This document shows positions 1-9,456 of a DNA stretch of 64,000 bases, in pieces. Below the pieces are notes generated by a model. The model was not told the origin of the DNA and searched no databases. It saw nothing but the letters and a program-made list of their open reading frames with translations. The position numbers were made by a program, and so were the translations under genes. This DNA is from an uncultured Pelagibacteraceae bacterium (GTDB lineage: Bacteria; Pseudomonadota; Alphaproteobacteria; Pelagibacterales; Pelagibacteraceae). The stretch spans positions 44,192 to 108,191 of the forward strand of contig CACMOZ010000002.1 of assembly GCA_902615435.1 (NCBI GenBank), in the 5' to 3' direction. Numbering within the stretch: the first letter of the stretch is position 1; each line of letters opens with the position of its first letter.

Positions 1-1302
1 TAAATTTGTCTGCATTGTTTGAAGATCAATTTTTACTGTCCCCCATTGCGATACGACTAATTCTTCAGCATTAAATAATTTTGGAAGGTTTTCTGGATCA
101 AATCCTAAGGACTTAATTACTAGATCTGCTGGAATTTTATATTCTGATCCAAGATCAATCTCTGGCCTTCTTCTACCAGATGAGTCAGGTTCTCCGAGTG
201 TCATCTTATTAACCTCGACTGCTTCTACTTCTGCGCTCCCTACAAAGCTTTTGGGGCTAGTCAGCCAAATAAATTGCACTCCTTCTTCAATAGCATTCTC
301 TACTTCTCTTGCAGATCCTGGCATGTTTTCTCTATCTCTCCTATACAGACACTTAACAGATTTTGCATTTTGTCTTACAGATGTTCTTACACAATCCATT
401 GCTGTATCACCACCGCCTATGACAACAACGTTTTTTCCTTCAGCATTTAAAGTTCCATTGTCAAATAGTTTTACTTTATCACCAAGACCTTTTCTATTTG
501 AAGCTGTTAAAAAGTCCATTGCAGGAAATATATTTTTTAAATTTACTCCTGGTATTTCTATTTCTCGTGCTTTGTAAACCCCTGTTGCAATTAAAATTGC
601 ATCGTGTTTTTCTTTTAATTCATATAAAGATTTATCTTTTCCTACTTCAAAATTCTGAATAAATTTTATTCCACTCTCTTTTAAAAGTTTTGTTCTTCTT
701 TCAACCACAAATTTTTCTAATTTGAAATTTGGAATACCATAAATTAAGAGCCCACCTGGTCTATCGTATCTATCATATATTGTGACTTGATATCCGGATT
801 TTCTCAATTCTTCTGCGCATGCCATGCCTGCAGGCCCAGCTCCAATAATTCCAACCGATTGTTTTAACTCTTGTTTTACCTTTATTGGTTTTACCCAACC
901 TTTATCCCAAGCTGTGTCCGTAATATATTTTTCAATGGATCCAATAGTTACTGTTCCATGTCCGGATTTTTCTATTACACAATTTCCTTCGCATAACCTA
1001 TCCTGTGGACATATTCTTCCACAAACCTCGGGCATATTATTTGTACTTTGAGAAACTTCGTAAGCTTCTTTTAATCTTCCTTCAGCTGTCAGTTTGAGCC
1101 AATCTGGAATATTATTATTTAAAGGGCAATGTACTTGGCAAAAGGGTACCCCGCATTGAGAACATCTGCTAGATTGTTCTTTAGCTTTATCTGTTATAAA
1201 TTCATTGTAAATTTCATTAAAATCACCCTTCCTGATAGATGTACTTCTTTTTTTAGGGGTCTCTTGATTTAAATCTACAAATCGTAACATTTTTTTTTTC
1301 AT
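1..1302 (-). CDS. gltD: Glutamate synthase small (beta) subunit, runs off the left edge
   Basis: Manual minus-strand translation from ATG at 1302: MKKKMLRFVDLNQETPKKR...RCSQCGVPFCQVHCPLNNNIPDWL...GRICPQDRLCEGNC, then IIGAGPAG and VIGGGDTAMDC motifs. Absent from the ORF track because no stop lies in the window. Confidence 0.95.
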   Translation of the reverse strand, partial: MKKKMLRFVDLNQETPKKRSTSIRKGDFNEIYNEFITDKAKEQSSRCSQCGVPFCQVHCPLNNNIPDWLKLTAEGRLKEAYEVSQSTNNMPEVCGRICPQDRLCEGNCVIEKSGHGTVTIGSIEKYITDTAWDKGWVKPIKVKQELKQSVGIIGAGPAGMACAEELRKSGYQVTIYDRYDRPGGLLIYGIPNFKLEKFVVERRTKLLKESGIKFIQNFEVGKDKSLYELKEKHDAILIATGVYKAREIEIPGVNLKNIFPAMDFLTASNRKGLGDKVKLFDNGTLNAEGKNVVVIGGGDTAMDCVRTSVRQNAKSVKCLYRRDRENMPGSAREVENAIEEGVQFIWLTSPKSFVGSAEVEAVEVNKMTLGEPDSSGRRRPEIDLGSEYKIPADLVIKSLGFDPENLPKLFNAEELVVSQWGTVKIDLQTMQTNL

Positions 1303-1325
1303 AAGTTCGTCAAAATAATTAAGAA

Positions 1326-1355
1326 ATTATAATATTAATAGATTTTAAAGGTCAA
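1326..1355 (-). promoter_or_regulatory. Putative sigma70 promoter of gltD
   Basis: Minus strand reads TTGACC-N18-TATAAT, about 25 nt upstream of the gltD ATG. Confidence 0.5.
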
Positions 1356-1402
1356 TAACTATTACCTATAATTTAAGATTCCTTTATTTTTAATGTAATT
1401 TT

Positions 1403-1421
1403 ATGCATACCTGATATGCAT
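1403..1421. promoter_or_regulatory. Perfect inverted repeat ATGCATA-N5-TATGCAT, candidate transcription-factor site
   Basis: Lies in the divergent gltD/uppP spacer; has the TGCA-N9-TGCA geometry of NtrC-family sites. Confidence 0.5.
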
Positions 1422-1468
1422 TTTATAATGTCATTAAAAAAACAACCTTCATATTTAATTTTTATCTG

Positions 1469-2227
1469 ATGATAGAAATTCTGATTCTTTCATTCGTACA
1501 AGGTATCACAGAGTTCTTACCAATTAGCTCTTCGTCACATTTAATCTTAACAAATGAGTTTTTAAACTTTAAACACTCGAATTTAGCTATTGATGTAAGC
1601 ATGCACATTGGATCATTTTTTGCGGTTATAACTTATTTTTACAAAGACATATTTAATTTTATTAAAAATAAAGAGCTTTTTTTAAAAGTTTTTATTGCAT
1701 CAGTACCAGTTATGATTATTGGTTTTTTTTTAGCTGAAACTAAATTAATTGAGTCGTTAAGAAGCATGAAAGTTATTGGGTGGACGACTTTAATATTTGG
1801 AATTTTACTTTTTTTAAGTGATAATTTTAAATTAGATAAAAAGATTGACACAGATTTTAGTTATAAATCTGCAGTAATAATTGGAATTTATCAAATTTTT
1901 TCTTTAATACCAGGTGTAAGTAGATCTGGAATAGCTATTACTGCAGCAAGATTTTTAAGTTTTGATAGATTTGACTCCGCAAAAATAGCATTTTTACTGT
2001 CAATACCTACATTGGGAGCAGTTTCAATTTATGGTATAAAAAATTTAGCTATTTCTGAAGATTTTAATTTTTCTATTTTAAATATAATTTGTATATTGTT
2101 ATCTTTTTTATTTTCTTTAATTACTATAAAATTTTTTCTCAAATATATAAAGAGATTTAGTCTGAAAATTTTTGTTATCTATAGAATAATCTTAGGAGTC
2201 ATAGTTCTTTTTTTTGCTTACTTATAA
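1469..2227 (+). CDS. uppP: Undecaprenyl-diphosphate phosphatase
   Basis: QGITEFLPISSSSH and PGVSRSG BacA/UppP motifs; polytopic membrane protein. Confidence 0.95.
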   Translation: MIEILILSFVQGITEFLPISSSSHLILTNEFLNFKHSNLAIDVSMHIGSFFAVITYFYKDIFNFIKNKELFLKVFIASVPVMIIGFFLAETKLIESLRSMKVIGWTTLIFGILLFLSDNFKLDKKIDTDFSYKSAVIIGIYQIFSLIPGVSRSGIAITAARFLSFDRFDSAKIAFLLSIPTLGAVSIYGIKNLAISEDFNFSILNIICILLSFLFSLITIKFFLKYIKRFSLKIFVIYRIILGVIVLFFAYL

Positions 2228-2299
2228 TAATACAGATAAACTCAGCAAAATTATTAAAACTAATACGAAGAAAATTATTACAGAATTTCGTAGAGACAT
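2222..2299 (-). CDS. Putative 25-aa single-transmembrane microprotein (MSLRNSVIIFFVLVLIILLSLSVLL)
   Basis: Manual translation; fills the uppP/membrane-protein gap and overlaps the uppP stop by 6 nt; no clear SD. Confidence 0.4.
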   Translation of the reverse strand: MSLRNSVIIFFVLVLIILLSLSVLL

Positions 2300-2343
2300 T
2301 ATCAATTAATTTTATAAAATAATTATTGAGATAAAACAATATT

Positions 2344-3588
2344 TTAAAATTTAAATTCTCTATCTTTTCGTAAATAATCAATACACTTTAAGCAAAGAAT
2401 GAGTTGTATTGGCAAAAGAATTAGGTTGTATCGAGGTAAAATAAAGAAAATGGAAAACAAAAGGACACTTAAAATAAAGTATAGGGCAAGAAATTGATAA
2501 TTGCCTCTCTTTTTAATTGCTAAAACCGTGCCAAATAAGCTTACAATTGATAAAGTTATCTTTGGTGCTAAATGCATTAAATTGTAATAGTTTGGATATG
2601 TAGAATTAAAATCTATGAAAAAAAAAGAAAAAATTTTTTTAAAATATAATTTTATATAACTCAAAGGCTCTTCCTTTATAAATTCTAAAGCTTTTTCTTT
2701 AAAAAGATTATCTAAGTTAATTTCATAATTATTATCTGTTTTAATATTTTTTTCTGAGATTTGTATTTTTTTTATAATTTCGTAATCACCTTCAACTTTG
2801 AAAGAAGGATTGTTGCCCTTTAATAAATTGTAGCCAAATGACTTTGTCAAAACCAATTTATCAAAATTTTGATAATTTCGAAAAATATAAGGTGTAACTA
2901 ACATAGAAACTACAATAAAAGATATCATGATAAATCTAATATTTTTTTCTATAAAAAGAAAAAAATATATAATAGTAAAAAAATAAAAAAGAAAAAATTC
3001 ACCACGAATTAAAATTAATAATCCTGAGAAAAAGGAAAAAAGTAAAAGATTTTTAATATTTTTATTATAATTAAACAAAAATAAAAAATAAAAAAAATTT
3101 AGGATAAGAAAAATTTGAAGTGTAATGGATGAAATTTGAGATGCAGCAAAAACATTCATTGGAAAAAAGGAGAAAATTGACAACAAAATTATATTTATTG
3201 AATTTTTTTTAGAAAATAACTTAATTATTTTATCAAAAACTAGTATTGAGAATAAGCTTAAAAAAATTTGAATGGAAATTACAATATCAGCAATATTTGA
3301 AGGGTTGTTAAAAATTAATTTTACTAAGTAAATTAAATACAAATAAAGAGGCGGAATTATTACTGTAGGTAAAACTTTATCTCCTATCTCTGCTAATTTC
3401 GGAAGTGCTAAAAATTCATTGATTACAACATTTAACCCAAAAACACCGGAAATTTCATGGTTGTGCAAAATCATGTTCCATTCATTTCTGAGAATATTGT
3501 CAGCGTAAAAATTAGCTAAAACTATTCTTAAGATTAAAGCTGTAAATAAAATTACCAATAACTCTTTGTGAATTATTATTTTTTTCAT
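2344..3588 (-). CDS. Polytopic membrane protein, probable GT-C-type (ArnT/PMT-like) glycosyltransferase
   Basis: Many TM segments; PPLY, LIRGE, PYIFRNY, GYNLLKGNN and PRY segments typical of lipid-linked sugar transferase-like proteins. Confidence 0.6.
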   Translation of the reverse strand: MKKIIIHKELLVILFTALILRIVLANFYADNILRNEWNMILHNHEISGVFGLNVVINEFLALPKLAEIGDKVLPTVIIPPLYLYLIYLVKLIFNNPSNIADIVISIQIFLSLFSILVFDKIIKLFSKKNSINIILLSIFSFFPMNVFAASQISSITLQIFLILNFFYFLFLFNYNKNIKNLLLFSFFSGLLILIRGEFFLFYFFTIIYFFLFIEKNIRFIMISFIVVSMLVTPYIFRNYQNFDKLVLTKSFGYNLLKGNNPSFKVEGDYEIIKKIQISEKNIKTDNNYEINLDNLFKEKALEFIKEEPLSYIKLYFKKIFSFFFIDFNSTYPNYYNLMHLAPKITLSIVSLFGTVLAIKKRGNYQFLALYFILSVLLFSIFFILPRYNLILLPIQLILCLKCIDYLRKDREFKF

Positions 3589-3591
3589 AAT

Positions 3592-3668
3592 TGGTGCGCC
3601 TGCTAGGATTTGAACCCAGAACCTCCTGGTCCGTAGCCAAGCGCTCTATCCAGTTGAGCTACAGGCGC
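3592..3668 (-). tRNA. tRNA-Arg(ACG)
   Basis: Reverse complement GCGCCTGTAGCTCAACTGGATAGAGCG CTTGG-CTACGGA-CCAGG AGGTT CTGGG-TTCAAAT-CCTAG CAGGCGC-A-CCA; 77 nt with encoded CCA. Confidence 0.97.
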
Positions 3669-3743
3669 ATTATAATATTTATTTTTTAAATTTATTTTTA
3701 ATATTCAATTCATATGATAAATAATTAATACAGTTTTTAAAAG

Positions 3744-5060
3744 ATGTATTTATTTTCTAAATTAAGGATATCTAAAACAAATTATTTTAACTTATTAATT
3801 TTTCTATTTCCTTTGAGCTTTATAGCTGGAAACATGATAATTAATATAAATATCCTCTTGGTTATTTTATCCTCTTTATTATTATTTGGTAAAGATATTT
3901 TTAAAGTAAAATTTTATGTTTTAGATAAATTAATTTTTACATATTTTTTTTTTATTTTATTTACTGGCATAGTTAACGATATTCAATTTTTTTTAGAAGG
4001 ACTAGCATGGGAGCAATATTTTCCTACAATAGTAAAATCTCTTTACTTTTTTAAATATCTACTCCTCTACATCGTTTTAAGATATTTGGTTGAAAAAAAT
4101 TTTTTTCAAATTAAATTTTTTTTTCTTTCTTGTACTTTAGGCGCTGTATTTGTAAGCCTTGACATTTTCTTTCAGTTTTTTAATGGTAAAGATATTTTTG
4201 GTTTTGCTAGCTCAAAAAATCATTTAAGTGGTCCTTTTGGTGATGAGTTAATAGCAGGAGGTTATATTCAAAGATTTTCTATTTTTTCTTTTTTTTTGAT
4301 ACCTTTCTTTTATTCTAAAAATTTGACTAAATATCTCAAATACATAATTCCAATTCTTTTTATAATTTTTTTTACAGCAATAATTTTATCTGGAAATAGA
4401 ATGCCTCTTTTATTGTTTTTATTTTCTACTTTTCTAATTATTGTTTTTCAAAAAGAAACGAGAAAATTTTTTCTACCAGCTATAATTGCATCTACAATTA
4501 TATTTTATATTTTTATTAATTTTAATTTGAAAACTAAAGAAATCTTTTTTGCATTTTATAATCAGATTTCGCAAATGACAGTCATTGTAATAAAAAAAGA
4601 TTTCGAAAATCCAAAAATACCTCCATATCTTAGAGAGTTTTCCTCTTTTTATGAAACTTGGTTATTAAATAAATATATAGGCGGTGGTATCAAAAATTTT
4701 AGATACTATTGCCACCATAGAAATAATATAGATCGAAGTTCTGATTTTATATGTAATATGCATCCTCATAATTATTATTTAGAAATTTTGACTGAAACTG
4801 GCATTATAGGTTTTTCGATAGTTATAGTAATTTTTTCATTAATAATATACTTAACTTTGATAAAAAAATATTTTTTCAGATCAATATTGAATCAAAATAA
4901 ATTAATAATTCCATTTATCTTTTTATTTTTTGTTGAAATATTTCCAATAAAAAGTACTGGTAGTTTTTTTACTACTGGAAATTCAACATATTTATTTATT
5001 TTAATTGGAATTTTAATAGGATTAATAAGAAAAGATTATTCAATTGAAAACAAATCCTAA
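3744..5060 (+). CDS. O-antigen ligase (Wzy_C/WaaL-like) family membrane protein
   Basis: LSGNRMP, GGGIKNF and HPHNYYLEILTETGIIG motifs; many TM helices. Confidence 0.85.
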   Translation: MYLFSKLRISKTNYFNLLIFLFPLSFIAGNMIININILLVILSSLLLFGKDIFKVKFYVLDKLIFTYFFFILFTGIVNDIQFFLEGLAWEQYFPTIVKSLYFFKYLLLYIVLRYLVEKNFFQIKFFFLSCTLGAVFVSLDIFFQFFNGKDIFGFASSKNHLSGPFGDELIAGGYIQRFSIFSFFLIPFFYSKNLTKYLKYIIPILFIIFFTAIILSGNRMPLLLFLFSTFLIIVFQKETRKFFLPAIIASTIIFYIFINFNLKTKEIFFAFYNQISQMTVIVIKKDFENPKIPPYLREFSSFYETWLLNKYIGGGIKNFRYYCHHRNNIDRSSDFICNMHPHNYYLEILTETGIIGFSIVIVIFSLIIYLTLIKKYFFRSILNQNKLIIPFIFLFFVEIFPIKSTGSFFTTGNSTYLFILIGILIGLIRKDYSIENKS

Positions 5061-5077
5061 AGGTATAAATTATTCAA

Positions 5078-6250
5078 ATGACAAATATTTGTATTACATC
5101 TGCTAAAAGAACTGCGGTGGGTTCCTTAGGAAAATCCTTAAAAAATGTAAAGGCTGAAGAATTAGGCTCAGCTGTAATATCAAGCGTAGTTAAAGACTCT
5201 AAGATAACAAATGAGAGCGTAGATGAAATTATTATGGGCCAAGTACTTACTGGAGGATCAGGACAAAATCCAGCTAGACAAGCTGGAATAAAATCTGGAG
5301 TCCCAAAGGAAAAACCGGCATATATTGTTAATCAAGTTTGTGGATCCGGTATCAGATCAATTGCATCAGGTTTTCAAAGTATAAGGTCTGGTGACTCAAA
5401 AATAGTAGTCGCTGGTGGTCAAGAAAATATGTCATTAGCCCCTCATGCAATTTTTTTACGAGAGGGAAAAAAATTAGGTGATGCCGAATTAATTGATACT
5501 ATGATAAAGGATGGTTTATGGGATGCTTTTCATGGTTATCATATGGGAGTTACTGCAGAAAATGTTGCGGAAAAATTTCAAATAACAAGGGACCAACAAG
5601 ATAAATTTGCTTTTAAATCTCAAGAAAAAGCGCTCGAGGCTCAAAAAAAAAATAGATTTAAAGATGAAATTATAAACTTTAAAATTAAATCAAAAAAAGC
5701 AGAATTGGATTTTAAAAAAGATGAACATCCAAGAGAGGGTATAAATTTAGACACTCTATCTAGACTTAAACCAGTTTTTAAAAAAGATGGAACTGTAACT
5801 GCTGGTAACGCATCTGGAATTAATGATGGTGCTGCTGCGGTAATACTGATGACTGATGCAGAAGCAAGAAAAAAAGGTCTAAGTAAATTAGTATCTATTA
5901 AATCTTGGGCTAGTTGTGGTGTTGAACCAGCCTTAATGGGAACTGGGCCTATTCCTTCATCAAAAAAAGCTTTGGATTTAGCAGGGTGGGATGTAAAAGA
6001 CGTGGATCTTTTTGAAATTAATGAAGCTTTTGCCGCTCAAAGTCTTGCTGTTTTAAAAACACTTTCTATACCTGAAGAAAAAGTAAATGTTAATGGTGGT
6101 GCTATTGCATTAGGACATCCTATCGGTGCATCAGGAACAAGAATACTAGTTACACTTATACATGAAATGATTAAGCGTGACGTAAAAAAAGGTTTAGCAA
6201 CTCTTTGTATCGGTGGTGGTATGGGCATTGCAATGTGTATTGAAAGATAA
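5078..6250 (+). CDS. atoB: Acetyl-CoA C-acetyltransferase (thiolase)
   Basis: [20 protein letters not shown] and CIGGGMG thiolase motifs. Confidence 0.95.
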   Translation: MTNICITSAKRTAVGSLGKSLKNVKAEELGSAVISSVVKDSKITNESVDEIIMGQVLTGGSGQNPARQAGIKSGVPKEKPAYIVNQVCGSGIRSIASGFQSIRSGDSKIVVAGGQENMSLAPHAIFLREGKKLGDAELIDTMIKDGLWDAFHGYHMGVTAENVAEKFQITRDQQDKFAFKSQEKALEAQKKNRFKDEIINFKIKSKKAELDFKKDEHPREGINLDTLSRLKPVFKKDGTVTAGNASGINDGAAAVILMTDAEARKKGLSKLVSIKSWASCGVEPALMGTGPIPSSKKALDLAGWDVKDVDLFEINEAFAAQSLAVLKTLSIPEEKVNVNGGAIALGHPIGASGTRILVTLIHEMIKRDVKKGLATLCIGGGMGIAMCIER

Positions 6251-6259
6251 ATTGTTTCA

Positions 6260-7153
6260 ATGGAGCTTCCTGTTGTTAATCATCCTGATTACGTAGCTAA
6301 AATTAATGATGATAACAAATTTCCTATTCAGAAATTTGGAGCTTTAGCTGATCACTTGATTAAAGAAGGCGTGGTAAAAAAATTTCATATTCCTAAAGAA
6401 TGCTCTATTTCAACATTGAAAACATCTCATTCATTAAAATATATAAATCATATTAAAAATAAGACTTTAGATCTAAAACTTCAAAAGAAGATTGGATTTC
6501 CCATAAACGACAGTGTAGCAAGAAGATCTTTCGTTGCTACTGGTGGAACAGTTTTAGCTAGCAAACTAGCTTTAGAATCAAAACTTGCTTGTAATACTGC
6601 TGGAGGGAGTCATCACGCTACCTTTGATTGTGGAGCTGGATATTGTGTTTTTAATGATGTGGCTGTAGCAGCCAATTACTTAAAAAATAAAGAATACGCA
6701 AAAAAATTACTTATAATCGATCTAGATGTTCATCAAGGTAATGGTAATTCAGAAATATTTAAAAATGATAAAGACGTTCTAACATTTAGCATGCATTGTG
6801 CTTCTAATTATCCTGCTAAGAAATCAAAGAGCGATATTGATATTGAACTTAAAGATCAAATGGAAGACGAGGAGTACTTAAATATTCTTCATAAAAATTT
6901 AAAAGATCTTAACAAAAATAAGTATGATTTTGTATTTTACGTAGCAGGAGTTGATATTCATTTTGAGGATCGTCTAGGTAAACTTAAAATTACTGATGAA
7001 GGAATTAATAAAAGAGACCAAATTGTAATAGAAAATTTTTATTCGAGAAATACTCCTTTATGTGGTGTTCTAGGGGGAGGCTATAATAAAAGTTTTGAAA
7101 AACTTGTTGAGCTTCATTCAATGTTGCATAAAAATTGCGCTAAAATAATTTAA
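6260..7153 (+). CDS. Zn-dependent histone-deacetylase family protein
   Basis: [25 protein letters not shown]...DRLG and GGGY motifs. Confidence 0.92.
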   Translation: MELPVVNHPDYVAKINDDNKFPIQKFGALADHLIKEGVVKKFHIPKECSISTLKTSHSLKYINHIKNKTLDLKLQKKIGFPINDSVARRSFVATGGTVLASKLALESKLACNTAGGSHHATFDCGAGYCVFNDVAVAANYLKNKEYAKKLLIIDLDVHQGNGNSEIFKNDKDVLTFSMHCASNYPAKKSKSDIDIELKDQMEDEEYLNILHKNLKDLNKNKYDFVFYVAGVDIHFEDRLGKLKITDEGINKRDQIVIENFYSRNTPLCGVLGGGYNKSFEKLVELHSMLHKNCAKII

Positions 7154-7158
7154 ACTCA

Positions 7159-7253
7159 GTCCCAACTCCCTTTATAGGAGTTCTAGGGTTTGGGACCAAG
7201 CTTAGTTATAAGTCAACCTAAATTTTTTAAAGATTCAACGTTAGAAAATGACG
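7159..7253. other. GC-rich structured intergenic element (candidate ncRNA or atypical terminator)
   Basis: GTCCCAA(7159-65)/TTGGGAC(7190-96) enclosing CTCC/GGAG; further hairpins CTTA-GTTA-TAAG (7201-12) and CGTTA-GAAAA-TGACG (7239-53). Confidence 0.4.
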
Positions 7254-7255
7254 CG

Positions 7256-9187
7256 CTACAATTTTAACTGTGGCAAATTTTCAAAAAACTTTAAACTATC
7301 GGGATTAGCTATTGCTTCTTTATTATTGATTGTTTCACCGTGAATTACTTTTCTAACAGCTAGCTCGACTATTTTACCACTTTTTGTCCTAGGGATTTCT
7401 GGCACCTTAATTACCACTGAAGGAACATGTTTAGGGGAGCAGTTTTTTCGAATTTTTGATTTAATTGTCTTTATTTTTTCATCGTCTAACTCCTCATTGT
7501 TTTTTGTAGTAATAAATAAAACAATTCTTACGTCATCATTATAATCTTGCCCAACAACAAGACCTTCAGTTATGAAATCAATGTCTTCAACTTGTTGATA
7601 AATTTCTGATGTTCCTATCCTAACGCCTCCGGGATTTAACGTAGCATCAGATCGTCCTCTCATGATAAAACCATTATTTATAGTTCGCTCTATAAAATCA
7701 CCATGATGCCAAATATTTTCAAATTTATTGAAATAAGCCTTGTGATATTTTTGTCCGTCATCATCACCCCAAAATTTTACAGGCATGGATGGAAAAGGTT
7801 TTTTAACTACAAGCTCCCCCTTCTCTCCATCTTTTACACTTTTTCCCTCATCAGTAAAAACATCCACATCAATACCTAAGCTTTGACCTTGAATTTCTCC
7901 CATATATACATTTGAGTAAAGATTTCCTAAAACAAGACAGCCAACTAAATCTGTTCCTCCTGCAATAGAGGCAAGATGAACATCTTTATTTAAATTATCA
8001 TACACATACTTAAAGCTTTCCTCAGCTAAGGGAGAGCCTGTTGAAGTTATTATTTTTATTGAACTTAGATCTAGATTTTTACTATTATATTTTTCATTCT
8101 TTAAATGATCGATGTATTTAGCGCTAACTCCAAAAAGATTTATTTTCTTGTTTTGACAATACTCTAAAAGAACATCTATTTTTGGATATACGGGCGCTCC
8201 ATCGAATAAAAATATAGAAGAACCGGTTGCTAATCCTCCAACCAACCAATTCCACATCATCCAGCCTGTAGTAGTATAATAAAATAATTTTTCATTATCT
8301 CTGATATCGCAATGAAGCATGAATTCTTTATTATGTTCAATTAAAACATTTCCAGCTCCATGTGTTATGCATTTTGGTTTTCCAGTGGTACCACTTGAAT
8401 AGAGAATATAAATAGGATGATTAAATTCAAATCGTTCAAAAGTTTCATCCATTTTTTCTTTTTCTAAAACTTGATCAAAGTTTATATAATTTTGAAGATC
8501 AATCTCTTCTTTCTTATTATATGCAAACACTAAAGTTTTTTTTATCGAAGGAATTTGCTTTAAAATATTTTCAATTTTTTCAAGAATATTTATTTTTTTA
8601 CCATTATAAAAATAGTGATCACTAGTAATTAAAATACTAGGTTCGATTTGTTTAAATCGATCTACAACTCCTTGGGTTCCAAAGTCCGGGGAACATGACG
8701 ACCAGATAATTCCATTTTTTGCACATGCTAAAAAACCTATTATAGACTCAATTTTATTTGGAACATAAGCAGCAACGCGATCTCCTTTTTTTAAACCTAT
8801 AGATTTTAAGTAGTTAGAAAATTTACAAACTTTACTATAAAGTTGTTCCCAAGAAATCTCTTCTTCAAACCCTTTCTCAGATAAAAAACTTATTGCTATC
8901 TCTGATGACTTTTTCTTAAGAATATTTTCAGCATAATTTAGTTTTGAATCTGGAAAAAATTTAGTCTTATTAAATATTTCATTAGATTTAATAGTTTCTT
9001 TTCCTTTATCTCCTATAATCTTTGAATAATCCCAAAACTTTGACCAAAATTCCTCTGGATGATCTACCGACCATTTCCACAAAGTTTTAAAATTGTAATT
9101 AGATTTATGATTTATAAATTTTGAGAAATCTTCAAGAAGAGACTTTTCTTTTCTACTTCTAGAGGGTTCCCACAAAAACTTTTGCAT
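7256..9187 (-). CDS. Acetoacetate--CoA ligase (acetoacetyl-CoA synthetase)
   Basis: YSSGTTGKPKCITH, TTTGWMMWNW, GRSDATLNPGGVRIGT and PRTKSGKIVE motifs. Confidence 0.93.
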   Translation of the reverse strand: MQKFLWEPSRSRKEKSLLEDFSKFINHKSNYNFKTLWKWSVDHPEEFWSKFWDYSKIIGDKGKETIKSNEIFNKTKFFPDSKLNYAENILKKKSSEIAISFLSEKGFEEEISWEQLYSKVCKFSNYLKSIGLKKGDRVAAYVPNKIESIIGFLACAKNGIIWSSCSPDFGTQGVVDRFKQIEPSILITSDHYFYNGKKINILEKIENILKQIPSIKKTLVFAYNKKEEIDLQNYINFDQVLEKEKMDETFERFEFNHPIYILYSSGTTGKPKCITHGAGNVLIEHNKEFMLHCDIRDNEKLFYYTTTGWMMWNWLVGGLATGSSIFLFDGAPVYPKIDVLLEYCQNKKINLFGVSAKYIDHLKNEKYNSKNLDLSSIKIITSTGSPLAEESFKYVYDNLNKDVHLASIAGGTDLVGCLVLGNLYSNVYMGEIQGQSLGIDVDVFTDEGKSVKDGEKGELVVKKPFPSMPVKFWGDDDGQKYHKAYFNKFENIWHHGDFIERTINNGFIMRGRSDATLNPGGVRIGTSEIYQQVEDIDFITEGLVVGQDYNDDVRIVLFITTKNNEELDDEKIKTIKSKIRKNCSPKHVPSVVIKVPEIPRTKSGKIVELAVRKVIHGETINNKEAIANPDSLKFFENLPQLKL

Positions 9188-9212
9188 AAAAGCTAGCTTA
9201 GCTTTTATTTTT

Positions 9213-9314
9213 TTATCTTAATAGGTATTTTTTAAGAATAATTTTCTGAACTAAAACTGCCCTATTTGTTTTAATCTCTCTTTTTTTAAATAAAAAATTT
9301 ATTAACCAACGCAT
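9213..9314 (-). CDS. Putative 33-aa basic small protein (MRWLINFLFKKREIKTNRAVLVQKIILKKYLLR)
   Basis: Manual translation; lies in an unusually long spacer, co-oriented with and ending 25 nt before the acetoacetate-CoA ligase start; no SD. Confidence 0.3.
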   Translation of the reverse strand: MRWLINFLFKKREIKTNRAVLVQKIILKKYLLR

Positions 9315-9456
9315 GACACATATGAATAAAACTAATTGACGAAAAAAAGCAGAAAATGTGACAAAAATTGATCTTATCCGACTATTTGCCCTATTCTTTA
9401 ATGTTTATTAATTATTTATTTTTTAATATGTTGCACCCAGTTTATAATAGCTAATT

